Below, piece by piece: positions 51,301-62,700 of a stretch of DNA of 64,000 bases. The notes beneath the pieces were generated by a model. The model was not told the origin of the DNA and ran no database searches. It worked only from the letters and a program-made list of their open reading frames with translations. Source of the DNA: Pelagomonas calceolata (Eukaryota); contig CAKKNE010000001.1 of assembly GCA_918797485.1 (NCBI GenBank), positions 6,200,001-6,264,000 of the forward strand, read 5' to 3'. Within the stretch, counting starts at the first letter, position 1. Each line of letters begins with the position of its first letter. The position numbers and the translations under genes were made by a program.

Positions 51301-52362
51301 TCATGTCGGCGCGCGCAGCAAGTCGCCGACGAGGCGGTCCGTCAGGTCGATGACCTCGAAGACGTCGTTCTTCGGCAGCCTGCGTGAACCCCATACGCCA
51401 TCGCCGCGCAAAAAAAAACAGGACGCCGCAGAAACGCACCGGTCCGTCGTCGTCGGGATCGAGTTCGTCACGTAGAACTTCGAGAAGACGTCGCGGTCGC
51501 CGCCCCTGGCGAACCGCCTCCAGGCGTCCCGCGGGAAGACCCCGTGGGCCACGAAGGCCGACACGCTCGCCGCGCCGAGCTCGAGCAGCTTCGCGCCGCA
51601 CTCGTACAACGTGCCGCCCGTCTGCACCAAGTCGTCGATGACGATGACGCGCCGGCCCGTGGCGTCGCCGTCCTGCACCGTGACGACGCGCTTGTCGCCG
51701 TCCCGCACCTTGCCGCAGACGATGATGGCGTAGCGGTCGGCGTCGAACATGTGCTTGAAGCGCTTGGCGGCGCCGTCGTCGGGGAACGCGACGGCGTCGA
51801 CGCCGGCCGGGCCGAGCAGCGGCAGCAAGCACGGGATCGTCGTGTGGAGCGACGCGAGCGTCGCGCCCGATAAATAAAAACGGTTCTGCAGCGTGTGGAT
51901 GTCGTAGGTCATGAGCCGCGTCGGCCGGCCGCACGACGGCAGCGTCGAGAACATCTGCGCGTAGGTGTTGGCCGTGGCGACCTCGCCCTCGGTCACGACG
52001 CGCTCCATCGTGCCGACAGGGTAGAACGGCAAAACCACAGTCAGCGACTCGATGAACGACTGCAGCAGCACGATCATGACCTGGAACTGCGACCACGTCA
52101 CGTCGTTGTTGTGGAAGCTGCACAAGAGCACGACGTGTTCCCCCGCGAGCTCGTTCGTCGGCGTGTAGCCGCCGATGATGATTTTGTCCGTGCCGTCGGG
52201 GAACTTGCCCCACGTCGTCGGGTGGAACTTGAAGCGGTCCGGGTGCTCGGCCGCCATGCGGCGCGCCATCGGCTCGCAGGCCTCGGCGGCCAGGAGCTGC
52301 CGGATGGCGCGCTTGTTCGGGTTGCTGTAGGCGCGCGGGCGATTACTTGTGTATTCGGCCAT
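51301..52362 (-). CDS. Ribose-phosphate pyrophosphokinase (class II/PRS4-like); in-frame GT-AG intron at 51380-51439
   Basis: WGKFPDG, LPFYPVGTMERV, DIHTLQ, AFPDDGAAKRF, VIVIDDLVQTGGTL, VTNSIP. Confidence 0.92.
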   Translation of the reverse strand: MAEYTSNRPRAYSNPNKRAIRQLLAAEACEPMARRMAAEHPDRFKFHPTTWGKFPDGTDKIIIGGYTPTNELAGEHVVLLCSFHNNDVTWSQFQVMIVLLQSFIESLTVVLPFYPVGTMERVVTEGEVATANTYAQMFSTLPSCGRPTRLMTYDIHTLQNRFYLSGATLASLHTTIPCLLPLLGPAGVDAVAFPDDGAAKRFKHMFDADRYAIIVCGKVRDGDKRVVTVQDGDATGRRVIVIDDLVQTGGTLYECGAKLLELGAASVSAFVAHGVFPRDAWRRFARGGDRDVFSKFYVTNSIPTTTDRCVSAASCFFLRGDGVWGSRRLPKNDVFEVIDLTDRLVGDLLRAPT

Positions 52363-52868
52363 TCTCGCGCGTATATTCGATAGTTCTCGCGCTCAGACTG
52401 CTTGGGCCGCAACCCCCCCCTCCAAGCTCTTACCCTCTGGACTGCTGAACAGAGCTTTTCAGCAAGGCAGCGTTTTTTGTGCTGTGGAGAGCGTTTTACG
52501 AATGCAGTTGCTCGCCCAAGCTCTCTGGTGCGTGTCGTCTACTGTTGGCGCGTCCCGCGAGACTGCTTTGGGTACAAAATGCACTCAACGCCGCGTTTGA
52601 GGCCGATACGCTCCCGGTGTCGGCTAGTGTGTTACTGACGCTAGCAACGTCACCGAGCGCAGCAGCCAAAAATCACTCTCCTGCGGGCGCACAATTACCG
52701 AATCACAAATTCGCGAACGCAGGACAACCCAGCGAACAACCCACGAGCCAACGAGAACGCAACTCGTGACGCCGACGCCAAAAGTGGCACAGCAAGGCTG
52801 CAGCGTTTTGTCGCCCATACGTACGCGGTTCGCCGGACGCCTGTAAAGCGGAACGTAACACAAAAAAC

Positions 52869-54095
52869 ATGGCCTCGACGATCACCTACGAGGTGCGCGT
52901 CCTGCGCCACGTCCTCGAGAGCTGCGACTGGCTCGCGTCGCGCGGGCGCGACGGCCTCGCGAAGCTCAAGGAGATGGCGCGGGAGACGAAGTGGCACGAC
53001 GGCGACGCGCGCCACGAGCGCGTCGCGCTGCCCGAGAACTGGAGCCGCGCGATCCCGCTCCACGGCGCCGTCATGAACGGCCACTACCAATCGACCTTGC
53101 CTTACTTGGTCGAGACGCTCGGCGCGCCGGTGGGCGGCGTCTGCCCGCGCGACGGCAACACGCCCTGCCACACGGCGGTCGTCTGGGGCCATTTACACGT
53201 CGTCGCTTATTTATTAGCAAGGGGCGCGAGGCACGACGCCAAAAACGACCACGGTTTTGATCTGGCGGCGCTGGCGCGACGGCGCCAGGAGCGCCTCGAG
53301 CGGGGCTCGGACATCGATCGAGCGTACTACACGCGGAACGGCGTGCCGCTGCAGGCCCTGATCGAGGAGGGCGCGCGGCTGACGCGACTGCTCGAGGGCG
53401 TCGCGCGGGCGGGCGGCTGGGACGCCTGGGCGCGGCCGCGCGCGACGCGGAGCAAGGTCGTCGCCGTGGCGGCGCCCTGGCTCCGGGCGAACGGACTGCG
53501 GCGCGACCTCGCGGCGCTCCGCGCGAACTGCAAAGGGATGGAGAAATTGGAGGTCGTGCCGGAGAAGCCGCGGCGGCGGCGGCGCGAACGGAGGGACAAG
53601 GTCGACAAGCGCATGGCGCTGGCCGGCCCCGCGGCCGTGGCGGCGGCGCGCGCGGCCGTCGCCGCGGCGGACCCTTCGCTGCCGGACGCGCTCTTCAAGG
53701 CGGATCTCGGCGGCGAGCAGTTCGCGCGCGCGCTGCGCTGGCTCGGCGCGGCGACCGTCGACGACGCGCGGGATTTAGATAGGACGGAGGTCGCGCGCGT
53801 CGACGGCCTGACGAGTGCCGAGCGGCGCAAGCTGTGGCTGTTTGTCGCGGGTGCCATATCGAAGCGCGACGACGCCGTCGCGGCGGCCGAGCGCGCGGCC
53901 CTCGAGGACGCGGCCGAGCCGCCGCCGCCGGTTCGCGTCGACGCAAAGGTCGCGCTGGCGCTGCTGGAGGCGATGCCCGAGGGGCCCGTGAGCGTCATCG
54001 CCCGCTTTGCCTACGCCGCAAGGGTGCCGGTGATCGACACACGGCCGGTCACGGACGATGCGGTGCTCGCCGCGGTGCGAATAATGAAGATGTAA
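52869..54095 (+). CDS. Ankyrin-repeat protein
   Basis: PLHGAVMNGH and GNTPCHTAVVWGHLHVVAYLLARGA. Confidence 0.7.
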   Translation: MASTITYEVRVLRHVLESCDWLASRGRDGLAKLKEMARETKWHDGDARHERVALPENWSRAIPLHGAVMNGHYQSTLPYLVETLGAPVGGVCPRDGNTPCHTAVVWGHLHVVAYLLARGARHDAKNDHGFDLAALARRRQERLERGSDIDRAYYTRNGVPLQALIEEGARLTRLLEGVARAGGWDAWARPRATRSKVVAVAAPWLRANGLRRDLAALRANCKGMEKLEVVPEKPRRRRRERRDKVDKRMALAGPAAVAAARAAVAAADPSLPDALFKADLGGEQFARALRWLGAATVDDARDLDRTEVARVDGLTSAERRKLWLFVAGAISKRDDAVAAAERAALEDAAEPPPPVRVDAKVALALLEAMPEGPVSVIARFAYAARVPVIDTRPVTDDAVLAAVRIMKM

Positions 54096-54141
54096 ATTAT
54101 GGATGAAACACACACACAACACGCTTAGGCACCCCCACAAA

Positions 54142-55125
54142 TCACGACCGCCGCTTCACGTAGAGCGCGGGCTTGTAGTCCTCGAGGTAGGCCTCGATGA
54201 CGCCGTGCTTGTAGGACTTGGTCTTCTTCCGGATGTACATGGCCCAGTCGTAGGCCGTGTGCTTGTGCTTGTCCTTGGCCTTGATGGACGCGCCCGTCTC
54301 GAGGATGGCCTTGACGCACTCGAGGTGGCCCGCGTACGCCGCGTAGATGAGCGGCGTCCAGCCGCCTCTATCTTTAGCTTCGGGGTCGCCGCCCTGCTCG
54401 AGGAGCACCTCCAGCAGGTCCGCGTCTCCCCCCAAACAGGCCAGGTGCACGGGCGTGATGCCCTGCATGTTTTTTTTGTCGATGTTCGCGTGGCGCGAGT
54501 GCAAATCCAGGATCGAGCCGCTCATCTTGTTCTGGGCCGCGCCCATCATCGGCGACGCGCCCGTCAGCCGGCCCCGGTGGCTCTTGTAGTCCTCGCCGCG
54601 ATCCGGGTTCGCTTCCAACCCGAGCAGGATCTCGACCATGTCCTCGCGCTCCTCCTTGATGGCCAGCGACAACGGCGTGCGCCCGAACTCGTCGTACTCG
54701 TTCATGATCTTCGCGGCGTAGCCCTGGAACTCCTCCTTGCTATTCCCGCCCTCGCCCTGGTGCCGCGTCCTTTCCACCCCAGCTTTCTTGCCGATGTTCT
54801 TCTCGTCCTTCTCCTGCGCCGCCATCATAATATCCACAATTCTGTTCTTGTCGCAGTCGACGACGGCCTCGTGGAGCGTCTTCCAGTAGCAGCACCCAAA
54901 GTACTTCCGCGTCCGGACGCAGCAGCGCGGCCGCCAGCTCTTCTTCTTCTTCTTCGGCTCGGGCTGGGCCTCGAAGGCGGCCATCGCGTCGGCGATCTCC
55001 TTCTTGCGGATGGCGTCCCGCCGGGCCTTGAGGTCGCGCTTCCTCGCCTCGGCGATCGTGATCTCGTTGCCATCCCTATCCTCGATCTGCGTCGCGAGGA
55101 TGTCCCACTCGTCGGGGTTCACCAT
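54142..55125 (-). CDS. Ankyrin-repeat protein
   Basis: GRTPLSLA, GITPVHLACLGG, GWTPLIYAAYAGHLECVKAILETGA. Confidence 0.85.
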   Translation of the reverse strand: MVNPDEWDILATQIEDRDGNEITIAEARKRDLKARRDAIRKKEIADAMAAFEAQPEPKKKKKSWRPRCCVRTRKYFGCCYWKTLHEAVVDCDKNRIVDIMMAAQEKDEKNIGKKAGVERTRHQGEGGNSKEEFQGYAAKIMNEYDEFGRTPLSLAIKEEREDMVEILLGLEANPDRGEDYKSHRGRLTGASPMMGAAQNKMSGSILDLHSRHANIDKKNMQGITPVHLACLGGDADLLEVLLEQGGDPEAKDRGGWTPLIYAAYAGHLECVKAILETGASIKAKDKHKHTAYDWAMYIRKKTKSYKHGVIEAYLEDYKPALYVKRRS

Positions 55126-55471
55126 CTTGTTGTCGTGTCGGGCTGCCCCGAGCGCGCTCGGAACTCACGTGTCGTCGGCGCTGGGCTCTTGTCCAAGGTG
55201 TCTAGGCTGCCCGGCGCTCTTGGAACGAAGTTTGAGCCGCGGGCCGCGGGCAGCAAGGCTTCGGGACCACGATGGGTCCTACGCGCCACTGCTGGGCCCC
55301 GGGACAGCGCGGATAGGAGCTGTTTTTGCCCTGCCGTAGCGCGAGCTGGGCCTGGACCCGCACGGTACGGGCTAGCGACGGCTCGCGCGTACATACTACG
55401 AAAGAGCCAGATAAGTTCAGAAATAAAAAAGACACATACGACACACCCTAGAAGAAGAAGGAAGCAGACCG

Positions 55472-55834
55472 TCACCGCGTCCGCGTCTGCGCGACCTTGG
55501 CCTCGATCCGCTTCTGCGCCGCCTCGAACTGCCGCACGGTCTTGTCGAGGCACTCCCGGCCCACAACCAACATTTTCGCGACCATGAGCGGGTCCGGCTC
55601 GTCGCGCGCCTGCTCGAACTCCTTCCGCGTCGACCGTCTCAAAACAACGTTCCAGGGCTCGCCGTTCTGGTCGGCCCAGTGGAAGTGGCGCGCGGCGCGC
55701 AGGCAGTCGCGGTAGAGCGACAGCGCCTCGGGCGACGGCGGCCGCTTTCTGAGGCCGCCGAGCTGGCGCGTCGGCGGCCGCGGCGCGGCGCGGGCTGTGT
55801 CCTTGCGTACGCGTCGCAGGGCTCGAGCCAGCAT
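55472..55834 (-). CDS. Mitochondrial LYR-motif protein
   Basis: Basic presequence; LSLYRDCLRAARHF...RKEFE. Confidence 0.8.
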   Translation of the reverse strand: MLARALRRVRKDTARAAPRPPTRQLGGLRKRPPSPEALSLYRDCLRAARHFHWADQNGEPWNVVLRRSTRKEFEQARDEPDPLMVAKMLVVGRECLDKTVRQFEAAQKRIEAKVAQTRTR

Positions 55835-56209
55835 GCTACCGGTCCTCAGCGACGTCCGAATCGATCGCTGCTCCTCGTGAGACGTCTGCAGCCTCTCACA
55901 GCAGAGGCATGCTTGGGAGCTTGTGGTGCTGCGGCGATACGGATGCTCCGGTTGCCAGCGACGGTACGTATGGGAGGTAGTGCTGGTTTACAGCGGCTTT
56001 ACGTACGCACACTGTCTGCGGCGTCCGCGCTGTACACTTCGTGCGGGTTGCTCTCTTTTGGTGCGAGCAAAAAAGCAAGCGCGGGCGTGGTTTCTAAGTT
56101 AGCAAAGGCTCTAAAGACGACGCCTATTATTGACGCAATCGGAAACGCATCGGTATTAGAGCGCTAACTTAGCTGCACTAGCAAGAGAGCACTTGCATTT
56201 TGGGAGAGC

Positions 56210-56785
56210 ATGATGCTCCGCCGCACCACACGCAGCGTAGCACTCCTCCTGTCCATCCGCAGCGGTGGCGCATTCACTCGCAGCAGTCCGCTGCCTCTGC
56301 GCTGTCGCGCCCTCGCGACCGCGTCGGGCGCGGACGACGCCGGAGGCCGCGCGGGGGGCCGACGACGGAGGCCAGCCGGCGGTGGACGACGACGAAGGCC
56401 GTCCACGAACCAACGCGCGCCGCAAGCTGGAGATGCGCCCTCCGCAGCCGCGCAGAAGCGGTCCGCGGTGCCCCTCGGCGCTGTGGTGGACGTCGTTCAG
56501 AAGGAAGACCAGCCGACCGGAAAGAAGACGCGGGGCACCGTTGCGCGGCACCTGACGCGGGCCGCCCAGCACCCGCGAGGCATCAAGGTGCTGCTCGCGG
56601 AGGAGGTCGTGGGCCGCGTCGTAGAGGTGTTAGAGACGCCGGAGGTGTCCGACGACGACCTCGCTGCCTTCGCGCGCGTCTCGAACCCGCAGCGGGGGCG
56701 AGGAGGAGGCCGAGGACGACGACGACGCGGCGGCGGCGGTGGCGGCGACGAGGCGCCGCGGCGCGTCGCAAGCTTTACCGGGTAG
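56210..56785 (+). CDS. YwbE/DUF2196-family domain protein with an N-terminal leader and Arg/Gly-rich tail
   Basis: VDVVQKEDQPTGKKTRGTV..HLT...HPRGIKV.L...VGRV. Confidence 0.75.
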   Translation: MMLRRTTRSVALLLSIRSGGAFTRSSPLPLRCRALATASGADDAGGRAGGRRRRPAGGGRRRRPSTNQRAPQAGDAPSAAAQKRSAVPLGAVVDVVQKEDQPTGKKTRGTVARHLTRAAQHPRGIKVLLAEEVVGRVVEVLETPEVSDDDLAAFARVSNPQRGRGGGRGRRRRGGGGGGDEAPRRVASFTG

Positions 56786-56790
56786 AGGTC

Positions 56791-57607
56791 CTATTGTTGT
56801 TTACTCACGTCCTCGCTTTTCGCGAACGCGGCAAAGTCTGGGACGCCGTAGAGCTCGGCGAGCAGCGCGTCGACGCGCGTCAGCGTGAGCTTTGCCGCGG
56901 ACGTGGCGAGCCTGCGCGGCGATTCGTCAAAGCAGAAGAGCGGTCTACAACGCAGACAAACGCGCTCGACCTGCTCCTCGCGGGACGGCGGCGGCGGCGC
57001 GGCGGGCGGCGGCGGTGGCGGCTCGAGCCCCGGCGCGACCGGCTCGTTCGACATGTCGGGTCCCACGAATTGCGGCGGCGGCGACGGCGGCCTCCTGCGA
57101 ACTGCCGTAAAGCGCGGCGGAAATATGCGCGACGCACCTATTATCGAACACCTGAAGCTGCCCGCCATCCATTGCAATTTCCCCGCCCAGCAGCCTTGCG
57201 CGTGCGCCTGCGTCGGACGGCGTCAGCCGACGAGAGCTACTAAAAAATGACGCGGCGGGCGCACGAGCCATTGATGCAGTCGCGGGCTTCGGCGGTGGCG
57301 GTGGTCCGCGCCGCCGTCCGCGGTCTCTCCCTCGTCTGTCGTTGTTGTTGCGTCCGCCGCCTCCTATGGGAACGAAAGACTCGCGGGCGAGCGAGAAAAC
57401 AAATTAATGAGCCAGGCACGTCGTCGCGCCGTGATCTCTTCGTCTCCGTCGATCATAGCTCCTTGACCTTGACCGGCTGCGGCCGCGCCGCCGGCCGCGG
57501 CTCCGAGACCTTGACCGTCGTCGATCCTCGTGCCGGCGCTCGCCACCACCGCTGGAGCGGTGGTCGCGCCGGTCGTCGCGGCGATCACGATCACCGTAAC
57601 GACCCAT
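56791..57607 (-). CDS. RS/RD-rich protein with 3 predicted introns (57364-57429 GC-AG, 57208-57264, 57095-57137)
   Basis: Manual splicing gives an open 216-aa frame from MGRYGDRDRR..RSRSRSR to ..SEDVSKQQ. Confidence 0.6.
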
Positions 57608-57830
57608 TTTGCAGCCCAGGTGAAGCGGAATGGCTCCAAATGCGCGAGCCCAAATCGATAATGCTAGCGTTGTATAGACGCACTAGAGGAGGCCTGAAGG
57701 CTGACCCCGCACCTTTCCGACGCGCGGTATACGTGCTGTTTGCAAATAGAAGCCCGCGGCTTCGGGCTGGCGGCCAGCGTGCTGCCAGTGTCGTCGTTTG
57801 GCCCTTGCTGGAGGCTGCCCAAACGCCACG

Positions 57831-59708
57831 ATGAGGGCCGCATTGTACAACGAAAGTCGCGCGCTGCGCCTCGCGAACCAGGCCGACTCGCGGCGAAGCG
57901 CGGCCTGCCTGCCGCGGGGCTGCGACTTCGGGACGGAGGACCGAGCAACCGAAAGCGGGGCGCTGCCGCGGCGCGCGGGGCGACCGCGACCGGCGGGTCG
58001 CAGCATCGATGCCGACGACGGCGTGCCGGCGGCGTACCTGCGGCCGGCGGGTCGGAGGGCTCCGGTCGTCGACGACGCGCGAGACGACGACATCGTCATT
58101 ATTGTGAGAGGCGGCCGGCGGCGCGAAGCTGCCGCTGAGCAGCGCGTAGTCTACGTCGACCAGGGTCCCTCGACGAGGTACGACGAGAGGTACGCCGACG
58201 ACGAGGATTTCGTCGACGCGCGTGAGCCGGTCCCGCCGCGACGCTGGGACCTGCCGCGCCGCGACGTGGCGCCGCCGGCGTTCTTCCCGGCGCCGATCCG
58301 CGACGACCGCAAGGCTGTCGCGTGGGAAGTACCGACTTCCACGGAGCAGCGCGCGCGGACGGCGTTCGGCGCCGGCCGACGCCTCGCGCGAGCGCGCGGT
58401 CGGCCCGCGGAGGAACCGCTGCCTGCGCCGCCACCAAAGGCACTGCCACCAACGCCACCGACGGCACAGACGCCGCCGGATTCGTCCAGCAGCGACGACG
58501 AGCCCGCCACCTTGAACGAAAGCGACGTCTTCGAGGCGACGGCGGGCGCGATCCGCGAAGTTGATGCCTTGCGCGCCGCGGCCATCGACGGGTCTCTGAC
58601 GCTGAAGATGACGCGCGCTGCCGTCGTAGACAGACTCAAATTGGGCGCGGGCGGCGACAGGCTCCTGAAGAGGACCTACAAGGAGTGCATGAAGGCCGCG
58701 ATGCTCGAGGTCGCGGGAGCGTTGCAGCTGGACCAGTCCCCTGCTGTGCACGACGCGATGTCGCAGCTGGGGGCGATCTTGAATGTGTCCGAGCGGCCGG
58801 CCGAGGCCGCCGCGGTGGACCTGGCGCTCTTGGACGAAATTCGCGAAGAGCGATCCGAGCAACCTGCCGTCACGGTGGACCTCGCCGCCGACGACGAGTC
58901 GGCGCCGTCGAGCAGCACGCCCTCCGTGACGTCGGCCTCGCCGCCAGCGTACCCTGAGGAGCCGTTCTCGCCGGCGTGGGCGGACTTGACGCTGGCGGCG
59001 CCGGCCGTTCCCGTCGGCCTGGGACCCCTCCCGCCGGACTCGGCCCTGGCGGCGCGGGCGGCGATGCCAACGAGCTCGTCCTCGTCCTCATCCGACGACG
59101 ACATGCCCTCGCTGTCGAGCAGCGTGGCGTCGCCAGCGCCCGCAGCTGCGTCCCCGGCCGGAGCCCCGACGTCGGACCACGCACGATGCCGGACCACGCC
59201 CGATCCAGCGGGGGCCCTGCAGTTCGAAGCGACGCCGACGTCAGCCGCGGCGGCGGAGCTGGAACACTCGCCGGCGTCCGTGACGACGCCATCGTCGACG
59301 CTGTCCTTTGCCACGCCGGTCGCAGGATCGCCGGGCCGCGGGACGCAGACGCAGCGCGCGGCCACCACGTCGCCTGTACGCGGGACGCAGACTGAAACGC
59401 CACGACACGCGGCGGCGACGTGCGGCACGCAGACGCCGCCGCCTCAGGTCTACGTCGCCTCGCCGGAGAGCGTCATGCGGAGCGTCGCGGCGGCGTCGGC
59501 GCGGCCGCGCGCGGTCGAATTGGAGAAGTCGATGCGAGAATTGGATCTCCTTGTTGGCGAATTGGAACGCGCCGCCACGCGGGCCTCGCCCGCGACGACG
59601 GCGTCTCCGATTCTGTCGCCGCCCTCGGACGCGCAGATTGAGGAGCGGCTTTCTTCCGCGCGACGGCATCGCGCTGAAGCTGTCGCGACTAAGGATACTG
59701 GTTTGTAA
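57831..59708 (+). CDS. Hypothetical low-complexity Pro/Ser/Thr-rich protein
   Basis: 625-aa ORF with (G)TQT repeats and a short central helical region; no family recognised. Confidence 0.55.
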   Translation: MRAALYNESRALRLANQADSRRSAACLPRGCDFGTEDRATESGALPRRAGRPRPAGRSIDADDGVPAAYLRPAGRRAPVVDDARDDDIVIIVRGGRRREAAAEQRVVYVDQGPSTRYDERYADDEDFVDAREPVPPRRWDLPRRDVAPPAFFPAPIRDDRKAVAWEVPTSTEQRARTAFGAGRRLARARGRPAEEPLPAPPPKALPPTPPTAQTPPDSSSSDDEPATLNESDVFEATAGAIREVDALRAAAIDGSLTLKMTRAAVVDRLKLGAGGDRLLKRTYKECMKAAMLEVAGALQLDQSPAVHDAMSQLGAILNVSERPAEAAAVDLALLDEIREERSEQPAVTVDLAADDESAPSSSTPSVTSASPPAYPEEPFSPAWADLTLAAPAVPVGLGPLPPDSALAARAAMPTSSSSSSSDDDMPSLSSSVASPAPAAASPAGAPTSDHARCRTTPDPAGALQFEATPTSAAAAELEHSPASVTTPSSTLSFATPVAGSPGRGTQTQRAATTSPVRGTQTETPRHAAATCGTQTPPPQVYVASPESVMRSVAAASARPRAVELEKSMRELDLLVGELERAATRASPATTASPILSPPSDAQIEERLSSARRHRAEAVATKDTGL

Positions 59709-59727
59709 GTTTAAACACACTTAGTCC

Positions 59728-62700
59728 CTAGAGAGGGTTCGTCGTCGGCGGGTACCGGCGAAGCAGGTCCTCCTTGGCGAGGCGGACCCAGTCCTCGAGC
59801 TCGAGCGTCTCCAACAGCTCCGCCTTGGCGTCGTGGAGCGCCTGATTACAAGTACCGTCCAATTTGGCAACCTTCAACCGCGCCCGGATCGCGGCGAGGG
59901 CGGCGCCGGGGCGGCCGCGGTTCGCGTCGCGCCGCGCGTGCGCGAGCACGTAGGTGTCCCTATCGTCGTCCTCCGCGAACGTGGTGACCTCCGGAGCCCA
60001 GCGATCGAGCTCGTCGACGGCGTCGTCCGACGAGAGCGCCATCGCCCGATAGAGAAGCGCGTGCCTCAGCGCGGCGCGCTGCTCGTCCATGTCGTCGCCC
60101 CGCTTTTTCGCGGCCGCGCCGTCGCGGGGTTCTTTCCGGCCAAAGTAAGACGCGACGGCGTCCGCATCCACGTCTCCCAGGATCGCATCCGCGGCGGCGA
60201 CGACTCTATTCGCTGCGTCGGCCTTGTCGGTGGCCTTGTTGAGACGTGCCACGGCATCGTCGAGAATTTCTCGGAGGAAGGGAAGGTGGCTCGGGTGCTC
60301 GGTCCTGATTGAGGCCGCGAGAGCGTCGAATCGGCTCGGCGGATCCGTGCCCCGCAACGCCTTCAAAGCAGAAATCTGGGCGTCGCGGACGGCCTCGGTC
60401 AGCGCCTCCGCGTCCTTCTCCTCGTCGGACTTTTCCTCGTCGTCATCCGTCGCGTCGTCTTTCTTCTCAGGCGTCGCGGGCGGCGGCGGCTCGTACGCCA
60501 GCGGCACGTGCACGCGATCGTCGTCGAGTTCCTTGTCCAGCACGAGCGAGCCCACGAGCGTGTCGCCGCGCTCAACCCACGCGGGCAGCTTTCCGTCGGG
60601 GCGGCGGACGTAGATGGCGCGCCGCGCGTCCTTGCGGAGGAAGCCATCTTTGAGCGCCTCGCCGCCGACGGTCGCCGTGCCGCGATCCTTGACGATCGGA
60701 CACGTCATCGGATCCTTGAGGTTGAAACGCAAGCGCGCGGGGAGATCCTTCATGTCCTCGAGCGCGGCCCGGTCCGTGTGGCGCAACAATACCTCGAGGG
60801 CGTACTTGCCCGCGCGGAGCGACAGCGGCTTGGCGTCGTGAATGAGACCGCCGTGCGCCAGAATCTGCCCGTTCTGATCCTTGACGCGCCAGATCGCGCC
60901 GTCGATCGGCGAATCGTAGAGTTGCTTATGGAGCGCGGACAGCTGCGGCACGACCGTGTGCCCGACCGAAGCGTCGTCCGCATTGGCGGCTTTGAGTTCG
61001 AAATCGTAGGTCAGCAAAGCTTCGTGCACAAGCGCCGCCGGCGCTGCCGGGTCCGCGCGCAGCTCGGCGTCGGACGGCGGGAGTGCGTCCAGGACGGCCG
61101 AGCCGGCGCGGACGAGAGACTTCGTCGGGCGCAGCGCGCGGTCGACGGCTTTTAGCGACGCCTCGGCGTCGATGGTCTCGGATCGGAGCGGCGCTCCCAC
61201 TTCCAGGCGACCGTACTCGTCCGCGGCGCCGATGCGGACGCCGACCGACGAGTCGCCGGCGCCGGCGGCTCCGAGCTGCTCCCCGAGCCCGTACGAGTGG
61301 AACTCGACCTCCATGTCCAGCGGCACGTCGTCGACCGGATTGCTCATCCACCCCAATGCCACGCAGAGCTCGAGCGTCGCGCCGCCTTGGCACGGGACGA
61401 TGATGGTCTTCTCATCATCAGGCCGGAGCATCGGGTACTCCTTCGTCTGAGACTCCGTGTTTGGCAGATCGCCGCGCGCAGAAGGTACGGCGTGAAAGGT
61501 CACCGCGTGGGGGCCCTTTGGCAGCGCGCCCGTCTTCAGCTTGACCTTGGCAAACTCCGCACCACTAGGCGCGCGCACGAAGCGGCGCTCCGGCACGCCG
61601 CCTCGCAGCGAGAGCGCGTACGATTCGTCCGCGCTCGTCCCTTTGAGGCCGTTGTGCGGCACAATCGCGGTGACGGGAAGCGTGAAGAGCGGGCCGCGGG
61701 TCGGGTCGGTCGCGTCGCGTCCTTCGACCCGCGTAAAGTGCGCGCCCGGCGGCAGACTAGCAGCATCGATCTTGATCTGGAACGATTGCGGCCGCGCCGC
61801 GACGCCTGACTGCAGCACGAGGCTCGCGGGCGTCGTGACCCAGTCCGCGGCGCAGCTCAGCGCCACGTCGACGTCGAGCTTCAGCACCTCCTCGACCTCG
61901 GCTTCGTCGCGGCTCGTCGCGTGCGCGAAGCGAGGCTTGACCTGGACACCAACCACACCGCCGCCGCCCGCCGCCGGCGACAGGACTTGGCCCGCATCTC
62001 TCAAGTAGACGCCGCGCGCGTCGCCCTGGGACGGCACCGTGACGTCAAAGGCGAGGTCGTGGGCCGTTTTTCCCGCGTGGGTCTCCAGATACGTCACCGC
62101 TGCTGGCGCGTCGATGAGTCCAAAGCCCTGGGCGAACGGGTCCGCCGACGGCACCGGCTTGCAGGTCGACTCCAGCGCGCGCCGGAGCGCCGGCGGCGAG
62201 GGCCGGTCCTCGCGCGCGAGGGCCGACAGTACGCAGGCCGCGACGCCGCAGGCGTTCGGCGAGGACATGGAAGTGCCGTGGTACTGCGCTCGGCCGGCGA
62301 GCATGTGGCGCGGTATCGGAGCGATGGCGCCGCCAGGCGCGCAGAGCGTCGGAATCCACCCGTCGGGCGTCGGCCCGCGGCTCGAGAACGTGTAGCTCGT
62401 GGCCGGGACGTCTCCCTCGAGCATCGAGTACTGCTCGCGCATCATGGCCGGGGAGACGTAAGCACCAACAGTGATGGGCGCCGTGAGGCACCCCGGCGCG
62501 CCGAGCGACGACAGCGCCGGGCCGTCGTTACCCGCCGACGTGAACACGGTCATGCTCCACTTCCGCACGGCGTCGTCGAACGTCTCGGCGACGCGTCCAG
62601 ACGTAGACTCGTAAAAGGGTTCCCCGTATGACAAGTTGATGAGGTCGACGCCGTACCGCTTGCAGGCCGCGAGCGCGCGGACGAGACCGGTGCCCGTTTC

